DNA of 64,000 bases from Hemiscyllium ocellatum. Its lineage: Eukaryota. The DNA is taken from positions 58,804,320-58,868,319 of the forward strand of contig NC_083412.1 of the NCBI RefSeq assembly GCF_020745735.1. Direction: 5' to 3'. This document shows positions 1 through 12,345 of this stretch, one piece after another. The notes beneath the pieces are model-generated. The model saw only the letters and a program-made list of their open reading frames with translations, ran no database searches and had not been told where the DNA came from. The position numbers were made by a program, and so were the translations under genes. Each line of letters starts with the position of its first letter. Position 1 is the stretch's first letter.

Positions 1-330
1 GAACAGGTCTAATTCATCTATAATTTACTATTTAAATAAATAAGGTGCCAATTTTGATATCCACCCATTTGACATGTTATGGGGGTGATTTCAGGACTGG
101 GTGAGAATCTGTGATAGCCATCCAACCTATTTACTTGCTGCACCCCTGGCAAAAGTATACACAGCAGGGGCACATAGTATGCAGCCAATTGTATCTGCAG
201 ATGGATATTAGAGTAATCTTTATATTTTTTGCACTCCCAGGCTAACTTGTCCCTCATGGCTTATAACTCGTAACTTTCTTTCCTCTTCTCATGTTGGAAA
301 GCACCCCCTTTACCATTGGTCCATCTTCTC

Positions 331-664
331 TCATAGAATCCATATAGTGCAGAAGCAGGCCATTCCAGCTATCAAGTACAATCTGACCCTTCAAAGATCT
401 CCCAACTAGACCCGGCCTCATAACTTACCCCTGTAATCCTGCATTTCCCATGGCTAACCCATTTAGCCTACATATTCCTGGATACTATGGGCAATTTAGC
501 CTGGCCAATCTACCTAACCTACACATTTTTGGATTGTAGGAGGAAACCAGACCACCAGAAGGAAACCCACGCAGACACGGGGAGAATGTGCAAACTTCAC
601 ACAGTCGCCCGAGGGTGGAATCAAACCGGGATGCCTGGCTAACCACTGAGCCATCATGTCGCCC
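331..664 (-). mobile_element. HE1-type tRNA-derived V-SINE, older diverged copy
   Basis: Contains the V-domain block ggaaacccacgcagacacggggagaatgtgcaaact shared with copies at 33.0, 40.2, 48.6 and 56.7 kb; ends in a CR1-like tail (catagaatc). Confidence 0.85.
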
Positions 665-841
665 AACTGTCATCTGTTCTTGATATGTATAGCTATTCCA
701 TCTCTTTACCCTATCTAACTGGCCCTTTCTGAACCATTGCTGTATTTGTCACCATCACTAAATTCCTGAAATTCTTATTATATCTTTTTTTTCTAGAGGT
801 GTCTTCCAGATATAAACAACAATAACATCATGAAGACATCA

Positions 842-2402
842 ATGCAACTTTTCTTTCCACTTACATGAGAAGACATAGGACCTGATCAAGTGTATTCTCA
901 AACTCTGTGGGAAGGTAGGGAGTGATAGCTGGGCCCCTTGCTCAGATATTTGTATCATCGATAGTCACAGGTGATGAGCTAGAAGACTGGAGATTGGCTA
1001 ACATGGTGCCACTATTTAAGAAAGGTGGTAAGGAAAAGCCAGGGAACTATAGACGGGTAGGCCTGACATCATGGTGGGCACGTTGTTAGAGAGAATCCTG
1101 AGGGACATGTATTTGGAAAGGCAATGACTGATTAGGTATATATTGGGAAATCATGTCTCATGAACTTGATTTAGTTTTTTCAAGAATTAACAAAGAGGAT
1201 TGATGAGGGCAGAGCAGTGGATGTGATCTACATGGACTTCAGTAAACTGTACAACAATGTTCCTCACGGTAGTCTGATTAGCAAGATTAGAGCACATGGA
1301 ACACAGGGAGAACACAGGGAGCCATTTGGATGCAGGATCGGCTCAAAAGTAGAGGACACAGGGTAGTGATGGAGGGTTGCCTTTCAGACTGGAGGCCTGT
1401 GACCAATTGTGTCCACAAGGATTGGTGCTGGGTCCACTGCTTTTCACCATTTATGTAAATAATTTGGATGTGAACATTGCAGATATAGTTAGTAAATTTA
1501 CAGGTGGACAGTGAAGAAGTTTACCTCAGTGTACGATGGGATCTTGATCAGATGGGCCAATGGGCTGAGGAGTGACAGATGGTTAAATTTAGATAAATGT
1601 GAGGTGCTGCATTTTGGAAAGGAAAATCAGGGCAGGAGTTATTCACTTAATGGTAAGGACCTCGCAGGTGTTGCTTAATAAAGAGACTTTGGAGTGCAAG
1701 CTCATAATTCCTTGAAAGTGGAGTCACGGGTAGATAGGGTAGTGAAGAAGGCATTTAGTATGCATGCCTCTATTGGTCAGAGCATTGAGCACAGGGGTTG
1801 GGAGGTCATGTTGTGGCTGTACAGGACATTGGTTAGGCCACTGTTGGAATATTGTATGTAATTCTGATCTCCCTCCTATTGGAAGGATGTTGTGACACTT
1901 GAAATGGTTCCGAAAAAATTTACAAGGATGCAGCCAGGGTTGAAGTGTTTAAGCTATAAAGAGACGCTGAGCAGGCTGGGGCTGTTTTACCTGTAGCTTC
2001 GGAGGCTGAGGGTTGACCTTATACAGATTTATAAAATCGCGAGGGGCATAGATAAGGTACATAGGCAAAGGCTATACCCTAGGTTGAGAGAATCCTAAAC
2101 TAGAGGGCATAGGTTTAGGGTGAGAGGGGAAAGATATAAAAGGAACCCAAGGGACAACTTTTTCAGACAAAGCATGACGCGTGTATGGAATGAGCTGCCA
2201 GAGGAAATGGTGGAGGCTGGTACAATTACAACAGTTAAAAGGCATCTGGATAGGTCTTTGAATAGGAAGAGTTTAGAGGGATATGGACCAAATGGTGTCA
2301 AATGGGACTAGATTAGTTTAGGATATCTGGTTGGCATGGACAAGTTGGACTGAAGGGTCTGCTTCCGTGCTGTACATCTCTATGGTTCTATGACACTATG
2401 AC
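842..2402 (+). mobile_element. CR1 LINE, 5'-truncated degenerate RT and 3' UTR
   Basis: Colinear with the RT copy at 41.2-42.8 kb; many stops and frameshifts; ends gtgctgtacatctctatggttctatgacactatgac (ctatga-type tail). Confidence 0.92.
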
Positions 2403-2934
2403 ATTGCTTCCTAACCCTCCCCATATTAATTGAATTTCAGTGTATTATCAGTGTAAAACATTAGTACATATAATACATTTAGCACATTGAAGTTTTCTAG
2501 AATAATGTCTTGGATATCGTTGGATTCTAGCATTGAGTTGCATGTTGCACAATACATCAACAGAAAAAATGCACATGCACTTTGTAATTTAAAAACAGCC
2601 AAAAATATCATGAGATGAGATGAAGAAATTGGTGATGACTCGTATTTGAAGTCGAACAACACTGCAAATGAAGTTTTCACAGCCTGAGGTAGGAGTTATT
2701 TCAAGGAGACTGAATTTTCTTTCTGTTTTTTTTAAACTTCACCAATTAATTAATCTATTATTTACTGGGAAAACATGAATGTCATCCTCTCCTGCTGTCA
2801 GTGCTCAGAATGCTTTCAAAAATCCCAGGTACTGTACTGAAATTTCCAATATGCACACCACTGATGAGAAATTCCAATGGTAAAAGCATCTTGTGAATTT
2901 AATGTTATATATTGCTGCGTTCCCCTTGGTTTTG

Positions 2935-3154
2935 TACGAGTAGGTCTTCTATAATGTGATGGTTGTTTTCATGTGCAACCCCATATTATAGAAAAATCGC
3001 ACTTCAGAAACAGCACTTAAAGCATTGGTGATGTAATCAAATTACGGCGAACACACACTTTAAAAGTTTGCACTTTAAAAACAGTGTTCCTAATTCATCA
3101 GTCACGTTACAGTGAATTTGTGTTACTGAAACATGCATTATAGCATGTTCTTAC
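2935..3154. mobile_element. Probable Tc1/mariner (Tigger-like) MITE, CpG-decayed
   Basis: Degenerate terminal inverted match (gtaggtcttctataatg versus cattatagcatgttcttac); no ORF; about 220 bp. Confidence 0.45.
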
Positions 3155-3309
3155 AATGTTCTTATTACAATTCCATTTCTGTATGATGTATTAGTGGAAA
3201 ATATAATCTCAGAGTTCTGTTGATAAAATGCTTGCCATCTGCATTCTGAAAATAGATGGTCTCTGTGAATTTGTTCTAGAAATAAGGAGATCAGTTTTAG
3301 TGTCTGGTG

Positions 3310-3690
3310 TATTGTAAATCTGAGCACATCGTTTACGAGCAGGCATAGACCAATGAGCTCTTTGAGCCTGCTGTACCATTCAATAAGATCATGGCTGATC
3401 ATACTCCCACTTACCGTGATAACCTTTCACTCTTTGTTTATTAAGAAAGTAATTACAATTATCTTAGAAATATCTGAAAACTCTGCTTCCATCACATTTT
3501 GAGGAAAGGAATTCTAAAGTGTTGCGACTGTGAGAAAAAAATTTACTCATCCCTGCCTTAAATGGGTAATCCCTTATTCTGAAACAGTGACCCCCAGTTC
3601 TAGTTTATCCCACATGAAGAAACAACCTTTCCACATGCATCCTGTCCAAGGCCGCCAAGGATAGTATAAGTTTCAATCAAGTCGCATCTT
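3310..3690 (-). mobile_element. Old CR1 3' fragment
   Basis: gagcctgctgtaccattcaataagatcatggctgatc resembles the 3' UTR of the CR1 subfamily at 6.5 and 59.1 kb. Confidence 0.6.
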
Positions 3691-4417
3691 CCTCTACTAG
3701 CTTATCCATCTTTTCCTTGCAAAGACCATATCTTCTTTTTTTTTGTATTTTTGATTGTGGACTGAAATGGGGAAAGGAATAACTTTAAAACCATGCATCG
3801 TGAATTCGTTTGGAGCATTGTTTAAAAAGAAGCTAACCACACGAATTGTATGTGTTGTTTACACTGTTGTTTCATTAACCATTGGAGGATGTTTAGTTGG
3901 AGATAAAACAGGACCAGAGATTGTGTACAAAATGAGATATGACGAGCAACAACTCACTAATTGGTCTGTGGACTGGTGGCTAGTTGGTGATGACAAAGGC
4001 CTTTACCTACAGACAACTATATAATTGGCTCCCAGGTAACTTAAGGTTGGGAACAAAATACCCAGAAGACTTCTGACCTCTAAAAAAAGGCAGATGTGTC
4101 CTTTTCTGTAAAGTCTTTCACGCCTGAAGAAAGCCACTTTTTTATCCTTCATCAGTTTCTGTAAGATGTTGCTTAAGTCAGAGACTTTATAAGTTGTGAA
4201 CCAATTGCTCTGTGACTCCTTTAAGCAAGAGAAAGTATCTGGGGAAGAGATCAAAAACTGTAAGTCCCAGTTAAGCAAAAGCATAATCTCAGTGAAAGCT
4301 GGGTAAAGGGATGGTTGAACTACCTTCCCATCCACTCCCTTCACCTAAAACATCATTTTTGTTTTATGATTTGTCTGTAGGGTGTTAGAACTTTATGTTG
4401 CATGTTGACAGTTCATT

Positions 4418-5556
4418 GTCATAGAGTCGTAGAGATGTACAGCATGGAAACAGACCCTTTGGTCTAACTCGTCCATGCTGACCAGATATCTTAAGCTAAT
4501 ATAGTTCCACCTGCCAACACCCAGCCCATATCCCTCAAAACCCTTCCTATTCATATACCCATCCAGATCCTGTTAAATGTTGTAATTGTACCAGCCTCCA
4601 CCACTTCCTCTGGCAGCCCATTCCATACATGCATGCACCACTCTCTGCATGAAAAGATTGCCCGTTAGGTCTCTTTTATATCTTTACCCTCTCACCATAA
4701 ACCTATGCCCTCTGGTTCAGGACTCCCCTACCACAGGGAAAAGATTTTGTCTATTAATTATATCCATGCCCCTCATGATATTATAAGGTCACCCCTCAGC
4801 CTCTGAAGCTCCAGGGAAATCAGCCCCAGCCTATTCAGCTTCTCTCTATAACTTAAATCCTCCAACCTTGGCAACATTCTTATAAATCTTTTCTGAACCC
4901 TTTCAAGTTTCACAACATCCTTCCGATAGGAAGGAGACCAGAATTGCACGTAATATTCCAAAAGTGGCCTAAGCAATGTCCTGTACAGCCGCAACATGAC
5001 CTCCCAACTCCTGTACTCAATACTCTGACCAATAAAGGAAAGCATACTAAACGCCCTCTTCCCAATCTACCTGCGACTCCACTTTCAAGGAGCTATGAAC
5101 CTGCACTCCAGTGTTCAGCAACACTGCCTAGGATGTTACCATTAAGTGTATAAGTCTTGCTAAGATTTGCTTTCCCAAAATGCAGCATCTTGCATTTATC
5201 TAAATTTAACCATCTGCTACTTCTCAACCCACTGGCCCATCTGATCAAGATCCCATTGTAATCTGAGGTAACCTTCTTTGTTATCCACTACACCTCCAAT
5301 TTTAGTGTCATTTACAAACTTACTAACTATATCTCTTATGCTCACATCCAAATCATTTAAAATATTACGAAAAGTAGTGGACCCAGCACCGATCCTTGTG
5401 GCACTCCACTGGTCATGGGCCTCCAGTCTGAAAAACAACCCCTTGCCACCACCCTCTGTCTTCTTCCTTTGAGCCAGTTCTGTATCCAATGGCTAGCTCT
5501 CCCTGTATTCCATGCGGTCTAACCTTGCTAGCCAGTCCTCCATGGGGAACCTTGTT
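4418..5556 (-). mobile_element. CR1 LINE 3' portion (RT C-terminus and tail)
   Basis: Minus-strand ORFs 4773-5045 (RPLLEYYVQFWSP) and 5217-5489 (SKFVNDTKIGG); tail gtcatagagtcgtagagatgtacagc. Confidence 0.93.
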
Positions 5557-5639
5557 ATCCTGCAACCAGAATCTACATTTTATTGTAAGAAATGGTGATT
5601 CTTATTAAATGTAGAATCCTGGTTCATGCTTTTTATGTA

Positions 5640-8545
5640 ATGGGTATAAGAAGATAAGTAAATTGGGGAATTTTGAATAGATTTATTAAATCTTTAACTT
5701 TTGAAACAATGGCAGGAATATTTGGAATTTATTTTCAGTGAGGTATGACAAAGATTGGGGGCTTAACTGGAATCAAATTTGGAACAGAGCCAATGAGGAC
5801 TTGGGTGTGGTATAGGTAAATAATACAGATGAAGGCGACATTAGATTCTGGATTGCTCGTGAAACTTAGCACTGAAATTGGGAAAGCATTTCCTGCAGGT
5901 GGCACAGTTGGCTCTGATTGAATTAAGGGAACTTTCACAGCCCAGGTTGAATGAATCAGTGGCTAACCTGAAGATAGTATTGCCTAACAGACCTAAAAGG
6001 CAAATGTAATTGAGGTACTAGCACTATATATGGATTGAAAGGAAATATACAAGAGACCAGGTACACTAGGTAGTGAAACAATAGGATCAGGTTACAAGTA
6101 AACAGCTTGAGTCTGAGAAGAAAATGGAGCTGGAAGGTAAATACAAACATAGGAAGATGGAATTAAGAAGATAGGAAATAGAAATTAGAATTAGAATCAC
6201 AAAGAGCAAGTGAGGAAATATGAATATAAACTTAAAATGATGTAGTTGAAATAGGAGACATCAGATGCTAATGCAGCTTCTGGTGGCAGCACGTGCGTCG
6301 TTACTTGAGGTCCAGTAAAAGGTGACATTTGCACTGATTCTGTCAACATTTCAGGAAGTAGAAATGGAGGCATTTCTTCATTTCATTTGAGAAAATGACT
6401 AAGCAAATGATATGGGCAGAAAAAGATATTTCCCATGCAGAGTCAGTTGACAGGTAAAACACAGGAAATTTATGCTCACTATGGAGGAGGTTTAAGACCA
6501 TAAGATCATAAGACATAGGAGTGCAAGTAAGGCCATTCAGCCCATCGAGTCCACTCCGCCGTTCAATCATGGCTGATGGGCATTTCAACTCCATTTACCA
6601 GCGTTCTCCCCGTAGCCCTTAATTCCTCGAGACAACAAGAATCTATCAATCTCTGCCTTGAAGACATTTAGCGTCCTGGGCTCCACTGCACTCCGTGGCA
6701 ATGAATTCCACAGGCCCACCACCCTCTGGCTGAAGAAATGTCTCCGCATTTCTGTTCTGAATTGACCCCCTCTAATTCTAAGGCTGTGTCCACGGGTCCT
6801 AGTCTCCTCGCCTAATGGAAACAATTGCCTAGCATCCACCCTTTCCAATCCATGTATTATCTTGTACATCTCTATTAAGTCTCCCCTTAATCTTCTAAAC
6901 TCCAATGATTACAATCCCAGGATCCTCAGCCGTTCCACCTATGTTAGACCTACCATTCCAGGGATCATCCGTGTGAATCTCCGCTGGACACGTTCCAGTG
7001 CCAGTATGTCCTTCCTGAGGTGTGGGGACCAAAACTGGACACAATACTCCAAATGAGGCCTAACCAGAGCTTTATAAAGTCTCAGTAACACATCTCTGCT
7101 TTTATATTCCAACCCTCTTGAGATAAGTGACAACATTGCATTCGCTTTCTTAATCACAGACTCAACCTGCATGTTTACCTTTAGAGAATCTTCGACTAGC
7201 ACTCCCAGATCCCATTGTACTTTGGCTTTACTAATTTTCTCACCATTTAGAAAGTAGTCTATGCTTTTATTCTTTTTGCCAAAGTGCAAGACCTCACACT
7301 TGCTCAGTTTCTTGGGAAAATAGCACTGTTTAAAAAAAAACTATATTAGCTGGCGACAGGTTAGTACATTAGGCATTTAAGCAAAGGATACAGTGTTTAA
7401 AGAATAGCCTGGCATATCTAGATTTGAAATACTTAAGCAAACTATTAGTTACAGATGGATAAGCGCATTAGAAACTAAAACCATTTTTGAAGACATTAAA
7501 GAGATCATTCTTTTAAGGGAAAAACTCACCATGGGGCAAAGGGTTACAACAGCTAGATAGACAGCAATAATGGCAGACAATTATGAGCTAACTTATAAAA
7601 GTAAAGCGATTTTTCATCACTCTCATAAACTCACAGGAGATAGAAAATATGAATGTGAAAGGAAGGCACGTATCCAAGGTAAAGATAGCTAGGAATAGTC
7701 CATGGTCCCCTTCTCAGATCAGAGGGAAAATACTGAGGTAGAGGTGAAAACTGAAAGCCAAAGTAATTAAGGTAGTTAAGTAATTATCTGTGGATGGATT
7801 TGATTTACGTCTGGGGAATGATTTTGCAGGAGTGAAAGCCATAGCTTCACCTATATCATGTAAAGTCCAGTTGAGGCTTAAACGATAGAATGGTTGCCAC
7901 AACAGGTTTCCAGTATTTTTCCATTATGTGCAGTGACCAGAGCAATGCCTAAATAGAGTGCAACATCTGAGGTCACAGCAATATCACAAGAAGCTTCTTT
8001 AAATAATGAGATTATACTGCACACAATATATCAGATGTGGTTTCATCAATGCCTTGTGCAGCATTCTAGTTCTGTATTCAATTTTCTCACATTAGATAAC
8101 ATTTTACAGGCTGTCAAAATTACTTGCTGTACTTGTTTATTGACTGTTGCTTTTCATGCACTATGACATCTTAATCCCTCTTCATCACCGAATTTAGCAA
8201 TCCCTTGTCGTTTAGATCATGTTTCTTTCATATTCCTCCTGCTAAAGTTTCTAATTTCACATTTTTCCATTTTATTCTTCATTTACCAGATCTTTGAGCA
8301 CCCACCTAGCCTAATCAAATCCTTCCTAGCCTCCTTTTACCCTCTTCACAACTTACTTCCCTATCATCTTTGTATCCCCAGCAAATTTAGCGGCCATACC
8401 TTCAGCCATTTGATCTAAGTCATTTATACAAATTGTAAAATTTTGAGAGCCCAGTATTTATCCTGGGACATGTCACCCATTACATCCTTCCAAGCAGAAA
8501 ATACCAGTTTATATATACTCTTGGTTTCTTATTAGACAGTCAATA
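5640..8545. mobile_element. Highly decayed CR1 fragments (+ at about 5640-6250 and 7330-7760; - at about 7960-8545)
   Basis: Purine-rich or pyrimidine-rich stretches with remnant similarity to the CR1 EN-RT linker and RT; boundaries approximate. Confidence 0.45.
6492..7316 (-). mobile_element. CR1 LINE, second subfamily (taagacca/taagatca tail)
   Basis: Minus-strand ORFs 6939-7289 (RPHLEYCVQFWSP) and 6585-6905 (FFSQRVVGLWNSLP); fairly well preserved. Confidence 0.93.
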
Positions 8546-8555
8546 TTCTATCCTT

Positions 8556-8689
8556 CCTGATAAAGGGCTCCTGCCCGAAATGTCGATTTTCCTGCTCCTC
8601 AGATGCTGCTTGACCTGCTGTGCTTTTCCAACACCACTCTAATTTTGACTCTGATCTCCAGCATCTGCAGTCCTCATTTTTGCCTAATC
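8556..8689 (+). mobile_element. Solo Penelope-like pLTR insertion with degenerate hammerhead
   Basis: cctgataaagggctcctgcccgaaatgtc...ctgatctccagcatctgcagtcctcatttt; flanked by 10-bp TSD ttctatcctt (8546-8555 and 8690-8699). Confidence 0.85.
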
Positions 8690-9199
8690 TTCTATCCTTG
8701 CTATACCTTAAACAATGAGCTTCTATTTTCTACAGTAACTTTGTTGGTTCTTATTAAATGCCTTCCGGAAACTTAAATACAGTACATACACTGGTTCGCA
8801 AGGTATGCAAAATTAATGTCAGTTTGATAGGCAAACATACAATCCCTATCTCTGCTGAACAGGAAAACAATGAAGGGGCAAAGGCATCAATCGTATATTT
8901 GCAGAATGCGGCCGCACTTCACTTGCAATCATATCATTGTGCATGCCAAACATATGAAGTCAGAAAGTGGTTAGGGTTCAAATGCTGGTCACAGGCAATG
9001 TCCATCATGTCCCTGACTCTTGCAAATTGCACAGTGAGATCTCAGCAGGTGTTTTCACCCCTGTTTAAAAGTGGTGGATACTGCTTATACCTGTATCACT
9101 TCCAAGAATATGAGACACACAGCAGGTCTCCTCTACACTGTACTGTAAGTATAATGATATGGACTGGGATGGGAAGGACTCTGAGAACACAGAACACTC

Positions 9200-9760
9200 A
9201 CAGTACATGTATTACTCATTCAGTTATTCACACTTCCTCAGGATGAGCAAGATGCAATGTCAACATAAATTCCATACGCCATGGAACATCGTGATGGAAC
9301 AATACCAGTAGTTGGAACAGAACCAGAGACCTGCAGGAGCGGGTATAATCCTCTCCTGGTGGCTGTAAAAGTGACAACTACTTTGAACTTCTATGTGACT
9401 GGCTCCTTCCAGGGGGCAATAGGTGACCTTGTTGTGGGATCTCTCAGTCATCCACTCACAAATGAATGAAGACACTAACTGATGCCATCTGTATACGGTT
9501 ACACCAATTTATTCCATTCCTCCAATGATGAGGTCAGTGGGATTCAGAAACATAGCCGGTTTCCCACAGGTGCAAGGTACCAATGACTGTGACACTGAGA
9601 GGCTACATCAAAATGTTGTGCAATAGGAAGGGCACCATTTCCATAAAGGACAAATCCACATATTGGAAACCTTGGCAGCTGCAATGCACCTACAACCTGG
9701 AGAACTCTAGTGACCCTCAGCAATTCTGTAGTTACTGGCATATCCACCTATCAATAACCA
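9200..9760 (+). pseudogene. PIF/Harbinger DDE transposase relic (HARBI1-like)
   Basis: Frameshifted motifs in the expected order: HFLRMSKMQC (9231), VAVKVTTTLNFYVTGSFQGAIGDL (in ORF 9281-9469), GFRNIAGFPQVQGTNDC (9540-9590, first catalytic Asp), CNRKG. Confidence 0.8.
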
Positions 9761-11089
9761 CTGAACAGTCTCTTCTCAGAGACTGAGAGGCAGATGCAAA
9801 GCTTTGCAAGTTACTGCAAGGATTCACATTGCAGCATAAAATTGACAGATGCAAGGGTAAACACCGTCATCTGTAACTGTTATATTTCCCTCTAACTGTG
9901 ACACAGCTTGACTTGTTGGAATGCAATAATGAGTTATTGCATTATTAAATAGGGGTTCAAGTTCTGTGCTCTTCCAGGATTTGTTTTCAGGCTAATGCCA
10001 ACTTAAAAACGTTTCCATATTTCCACTTTTGCCTACAATTGCTTATTTCCCTGTTTCTTCAGTCTTGGTAAATGCTTCTGATCAGGTGAAATACCTTAGA
10101 AGGTCTTCAAATGCTTGCTGATTTTTAAAAAAACTGTCTCATTCTGACACTCCCTTTAATTGTTCCCAATGATTAATGTGTCAGTGAGTTTTTCAGTGAA
10201 TTTTCCCCTTCCATCACTAATACCTTCCACACATCCTTTGAATTTATGGCTGGAATTGCAATTATACAATTAGGGTAGGCAGGGAATTTAGTTAGTGCTT
10301 TCTGCACTTGACCTTTCTAGCAAAATTAACATGCTCTCTAAATTAACTTTAGAGGCCCTGTTTGATTCTGGAATTTGTCCTATTTAGTTTACAGTGGCAG
10401 TTGCAGACAAGACACTACTGGAATTAGAGACCAGCTTGTGAGATCCTGTCGAGTTTTACATGTTAAACCTGCTGTGAGCTGAGTCATCACATTGGTTAGT
10501 GATCTACATGACTGCAGACTGTTTACACTGGGGCTCGGGTGTCACTGTGAATGTGTTAAGGCTCACTGTTAGCACATAATCAAGTGTAAAGCTAAATGTC
10601 TCAACAGCACCAGTGCCAGCATTCCTGAGAGATGCTCCAACTGTGCTCACTAGCCACGTTTGAAAAAGCTTCTAATGCTTCATGTCGCTTAATAACAATG
10701 TGCAGTGCAGAGAATCTGTGGTGTAAGTTGTTTCTCAACTGGTTGCCAGCTGTGTACAATGCTCTCTTCCAAGGAGACAAGTGACTGAAGGATCTATTTA
10801 TGTTCCCGAAATACCTTCAACCCAGAACCTTGAGCCCTTGATCTCCATACCATGAAACAAACTGTGATAATATAAGCAACCAGCTCTTCTTCAAACCTTA
10901 TTTAACATTCCCCATTGCTTCCCCCCAAACCCCACAACTAGCAACTTGCCCTATTATCTTCCTCTAATCTTGCAGTCTGCGTGTCACATGCCTGGTGCCT
11001 GCTTCAAGTTCTGAAGATGCGAAATGCTGCTGTACAGGTTGCTTGCTACTCAGGGACTCTACTTTGCTGCTTCTGGAGCCCTACTAGAG

Positions 11090-11720
11090 TGTGCGAGTCA
11101 CACACTCACGCAGACACAAGCTCTCTCTCATACACAAGCTTTCTCTCATATGTTCACACGTACACCCCCCACGCATGCACCCTCTCACAGACTTATGCCC
11201 TGTTACACTCACACCCACACATACACACACACACTCAGCATTCCCTGCACGCATACACATATAAATTTGTGGGGTGAATTTGTACTTGCAGAATTACATG
11301 TTATTTTGCTCAAAAACTGCATAAATCCATGTAAAATTCTGTATACAGTACTGGGATGCAGAAAGACTTTAACTGCACACCTTCAATGCATTGTCTGAGC
11401 TGAGATGCACCTATTGTTAAAAGCTACCTTGAGAATGTAACTTTAAAAAAGCTTTAGGATTTACATATGAAAGAACTAAAACTAACATGGTCATTCTAAA
11501 AGATGAAAGACTGAATCTAAATATAATATTACATTCCACGACACTACAATCCTGTTGCTATAAATCCTGTGTCTTATGATTCTGCTCCACAATCACCTGA
11601 TGAAGGAGCAGTGCTTCGAAAGTGAGTGCTTCCAGATAAACCTGTTGGACTATAACCCGGTGTTGTGTGATTTTTAACTTTGTCCACTCCAGTCCAACAA
11701 AAGTCCCTCCAGATCATGAC
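11090..11720 (+). mobile_element. Penelope-like family A: CA-rich 3' UTR and pLTR with hammerhead motif
   Basis: CA-rich tract followed by sequence shared with 36.4-36.7, 43.7-43.9 and 45.4-45.8 kb; cacctgatgaaggagcagtgcttcgaaa at about 11594-11621. Confidence 0.8.
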
Positions 11721-11869
11721 CTGGAATTCTAGGATACCTCAAATAAGAAATGAACAATATGTGCTGAGTCCAGTAGCTCTCCTTGGTATGTTGTTGGCTT
11801 TCAGATGAAACTGATGGGTTAAACATTGAAAGATCAAAGCCATCACCTTCAACTACCGCCACAAGCATC

Positions 11870-12240
11870 TTGCATTTCTCACTGATTCCAGCCTCCTGCC
11901 CTGAACTACATCATCCACAACATCACTGAGCTCTGCAATCCTGAGCTGAACTCCTTCTCTTTATCACAAAGAATACTGACTTTCACCTTCAGAACATTCT
12001 TCTTCATCTCTGACTGGTTCATTTCTTCTTTTCCCACCTCTCACACCTCTCTATTCCAATGCCTTGCTGGTCATACTCACATTTGTAAATACCAGTTTGT
12101 TCAAAATCCTGTTGCATAGATTATATCCCATTGACTCATCAGTTGGGCCCTGACTGACCTACATTATCTGATCTGATCGCCAGCACCTTTCCCAGGGTTA
12201 ACATCCAGGATATTGTAGCATTCCTGCCCTGCTTTGTCCA
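11870..12240 (+). mobile_element. Possible old L2-like LINE fragment
   Basis: C/T-rich decayed sequence with L2-like composition only; no clean motif. Confidence 0.3.
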
Positions 12241-12345
12241 ACCATTGGTCACTGTGATTTTGGAGAAGCTTTGTAGCACAGGTGGTGAATCAGGTTGTAG
12301 GTTTGCTCACTGAGCTGGGAGATTTGTTCTCTGAGGTTTCTTCAC

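Noticed and set aside
10981-11398. His/Thr-rich ORFs (98 and 124 aa)
   Set aside because: They are translations of a CA-rich PLE 3' UTR.
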